DNA of 38,561 nucleotides from positions 1-38,561 of the forward strand of contig JAJRTR010000072.1 of assembly GCA_024278215.1 (NCBI GenBank), written 5' to 3'. Source of the stretch: a bacterium (lineage in GTDB: Bacteria; UBP15; UBA6099; JAJRTR01). The position numbers and the translations under genes were made by a program. Below, in pieces: positions 37,931 through 38,561 of the stretch (position 1 is the first letter of the stretch; every line of letters begins with the position of its first letter). The notes below the pieces were generated by a model. The model was not told the DNA's origin and did not search any database. It saw nothing but the letters and a program-made list of their open reading frames with translations.

Positions 37931-37968
37931 ACACAATTACATTATAGCGTGTATTTGTGTTCTTTCAA
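37931..37968 (-). promoter_or_regulatory. sigma70 promoter with overlapping inverted-repeat operator for the ArsR/SmtB-led cluster
   Basis: Minus strand TTGAAA-16 nt-TATAAT. Inverted repeat ACACAATTACA-N8-TGTATTTGTGT (10 of 11) at 37931-37960 covers the -10 box. Confidence 0.7.
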
Positions 37969-38033
37969 GTAGTTCATAATCTTTTGCTTACAAGCTTTCC
38001 TAATCTACACAACAATATTAGAGCACAAAGCAC

Positions 38034-38123
38034 TTTGGAGTGCGGTGATTCATCACCGCCTTGCCTTTTCGCCTGTAATTAACTTCCGACCGCGAAAGCG
38101 ACAATAAATTGTCGCACTCCAAA
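38034..38123. repeat. GGAG-type REP doublet (REPIN-like)
   Basis: Outer inverted repeat TTTGGAGTGCG / CGCACTCCAAA. Each arm has its own hairpin (GCGGTGA-TTCA-TCACCGC; GCGACAAT-AA-ATTGTCGC). Confidence 0.65.
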
Positions 38124-38355
38124 TTCAAGTCGGTTTTTGTTAATTGATGCCTGGGCAGAAACACAAAAGCCCTTATTGCGACTGGACAAAAGAGCGAAAA
38201 CGGGAACGAAGATTCGTGGAGTGAAAGCAGGCCCGGAGTAAGCAAGGTTTTTATAAAGTGATCGGCTGAAAAACATTTGCGTGGAATACGATTGCATACT
38301 TTGTCGAACAAAAACATAATGAAAATGGATTGGATGCTTTTTTGTCAAAACATAC

Positions 38356-38445
38356 GAGCCAATTGCAAAATCATGTTCGTAGTGAGGACGAGCGAAATTG
38401 TTAAGAGCAAGGCGGAGGTGTAAAATCCTCGCAGGTGTACTTGTA
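38356..38445. mobile_element. Left half of a family A element, interrupted by a family B insertion
   Basis: Near-identical to 32742-32831 up to GTACTTGTA, then switches abruptly to family B sequence. Confidence 0.85.
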
Positions 38446-38561
38446 GTCCGGATTTCTCATAAAGAAACCCGGGGAATCGCGATAACCCCTATACTACTGC
38501 GTTGCGGCGGCGGTTCGGGATCGGTCACATACCTGCATTTTGCGCAAGAGGCCGGCTGCTC
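38444..38561. mobile_element. Family B element (runs off the window end)
   Basis: TAGTCCGGATTTCTCATAAAGAAACCCGG...CTACTGCGTTGCGGCGGCGGTTCGGGATCG...TTTTGCGCAAGAGGCCGGCTG aligns with the copy starting at 28802. Confidence 0.85.

Noticed and set aside
38018-38348. Short ORFs upstream of the ArsR/SmtB gene (and those at 32784..33205, 24981..25233, 9194..9844)
   Set aside because: They overlap palindromic repeats or are antisense to real genes, and have no recognisable motifs.
1-38561. CRISPR array, tRNA or rRNA genes, autonomous IS or integrase
   Set aside because: Repeats are dispersed palindromes rather than regularly spaced repeat-spacer units. No cloverleaf, rRNA-like tract, cas, transposase or recombinase ORF was recognised.

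Overview
Chromosomal window from a diderm bacterium of moderate GC (LptC-like and outer-membrane-barrel genes present). No rRNA, tRNA, CRISPR array, integrase or transposase is visible. Bases 1-27.4 kb hold mixed housekeeping and lipid genes: a partial B12-dependent radical SAM gene, a Cache/PAS hybrid histidine kinase, a divergent ClpX-like ATPase, radC, two paralogous PhnD-like binding proteins, a MaoC double-hotdog protein, an ACT protein, lysA, RDD and LptC-like genes, a GT2, glycerate kinase, a sugar transferase, nadE, a cysteine desulfurase, a thioesterase, an SDR, a beta-propeller protein, a patatin, an S1P-lyase-like PLP enzyme and a frameshifted TetR. Bases 27.7-37.9 kb form an all-minus-strand metal/metalloid region: arsR-arsC-acr3, a ZntA/CadA P1B-ATPase, and an uncharacterised cluster headed by an ArsR/SmtB regulator. 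That cluster encodes two exported proteins that each carry three H-Y-[YD]-G-C-x-[HC] repeats and end in GWGCW, a DUF3034-like barrel, two paralogous Cys-containing leader-like proteins, a lone receiver and a SEC-C/thioredoxin fusion. It is the best candidate for an undescribed system. Intergenic DNA is dense with small non-autonomous palindromic elements (four TA-bounded MITE-like families plus REP doublets). Some are nested in each other, some overlap stop codons, and one inverted pair brackets acr3.
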